From the UHGV virus genome UHGV-0045955: 39,899 nucleotides of DNA; one strand, 5' to 3'. The notes below the pieces were generated by a model. The model saw only the letters and a program-made list of their open reading frames with translations. It was not told the DNA's origin and searched no databases. Source of the stretch: a virus. Shown in pieces: positions 39,850-39,899 of the stretch (positions are counted from its first letter, which is position 1; each line of letters begins with the position of its first letter). The translations under genes were made by a program, and so were the position numbers.

Positions 39850-39899
39850 ATTATCAATAAGTAAAAAATGCAAATGAAAATTTCAAATTTACATTATCT

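Noticed and set aside
39850-39899. Heptanucleotide VNTR (AAGACTC) at the 5' end of the acetyltransferase, as recalled for neuO
   Set aside because: Not present: no tandem heptad repeats in the first codons or upstream sequence, and an in-frame stop lies at 39883-39885.
1-39899. tRNA genes and CRISPR arrays
   Set aside because: No cloverleaf-compatible segments with conserved T-loop motifs and no regularly spaced direct-repeat arrays were seen.

Overview
The window is a nearly complete, mosaic P22-like lambdoid prophage from an enterobacterium, running from the integrase at the left edge to the tailspike and a convergent acetyltransferase at the right edge. All calls come from reading the sequence and from remembered protein families; no database search or computation was run. 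Modules in order: P4-type integrase with an AlpA-like excisionase; a leftward early operon (N-like antiterminator, nutL, cIII-like, Kil-like, annealase, SSB, DnaQ-like exonuclease, DUF551); the P22 immC region (c2, cro, c1 with OL/PL, OR/PR and nutR); replication (O-like initiator with iterons, DnaB-like helicase); a nin region (NinB, NinE, NinF, YbcO-like, RusA, NinH); lambda-type Q with PR'/qut/tR'; a phage-21-type lysis cassette (S21 pinholin, SAR endolysin, Rz/Rz1); a Rha-like gene; P22 morphogenesis genes 3-2-1-8-5-4-10-26-14-7-20-16; the immI region (mnt, arc, ant with both operators); and a chimeric tailspike. Three N-runs (8066-8167, 10142-10260, 35781-35896) interrupt the operator region, the initiator gene and the ant-tailspike spacer. 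The most interesting loci are the envelope-protein pair in the position where P22 carries sieA, the tailspike with a C-terminal chaperone domain plus the AT-rich acetyltransferase, an A11 tract inside a zinc-ribbon gene, a rightward small gene inside the leftward early operon, an SSB with an extended C-terminus, and a 31-codon ORF coupled between endolysin and Rz. No tRNA gene or CRISPR array was seen.
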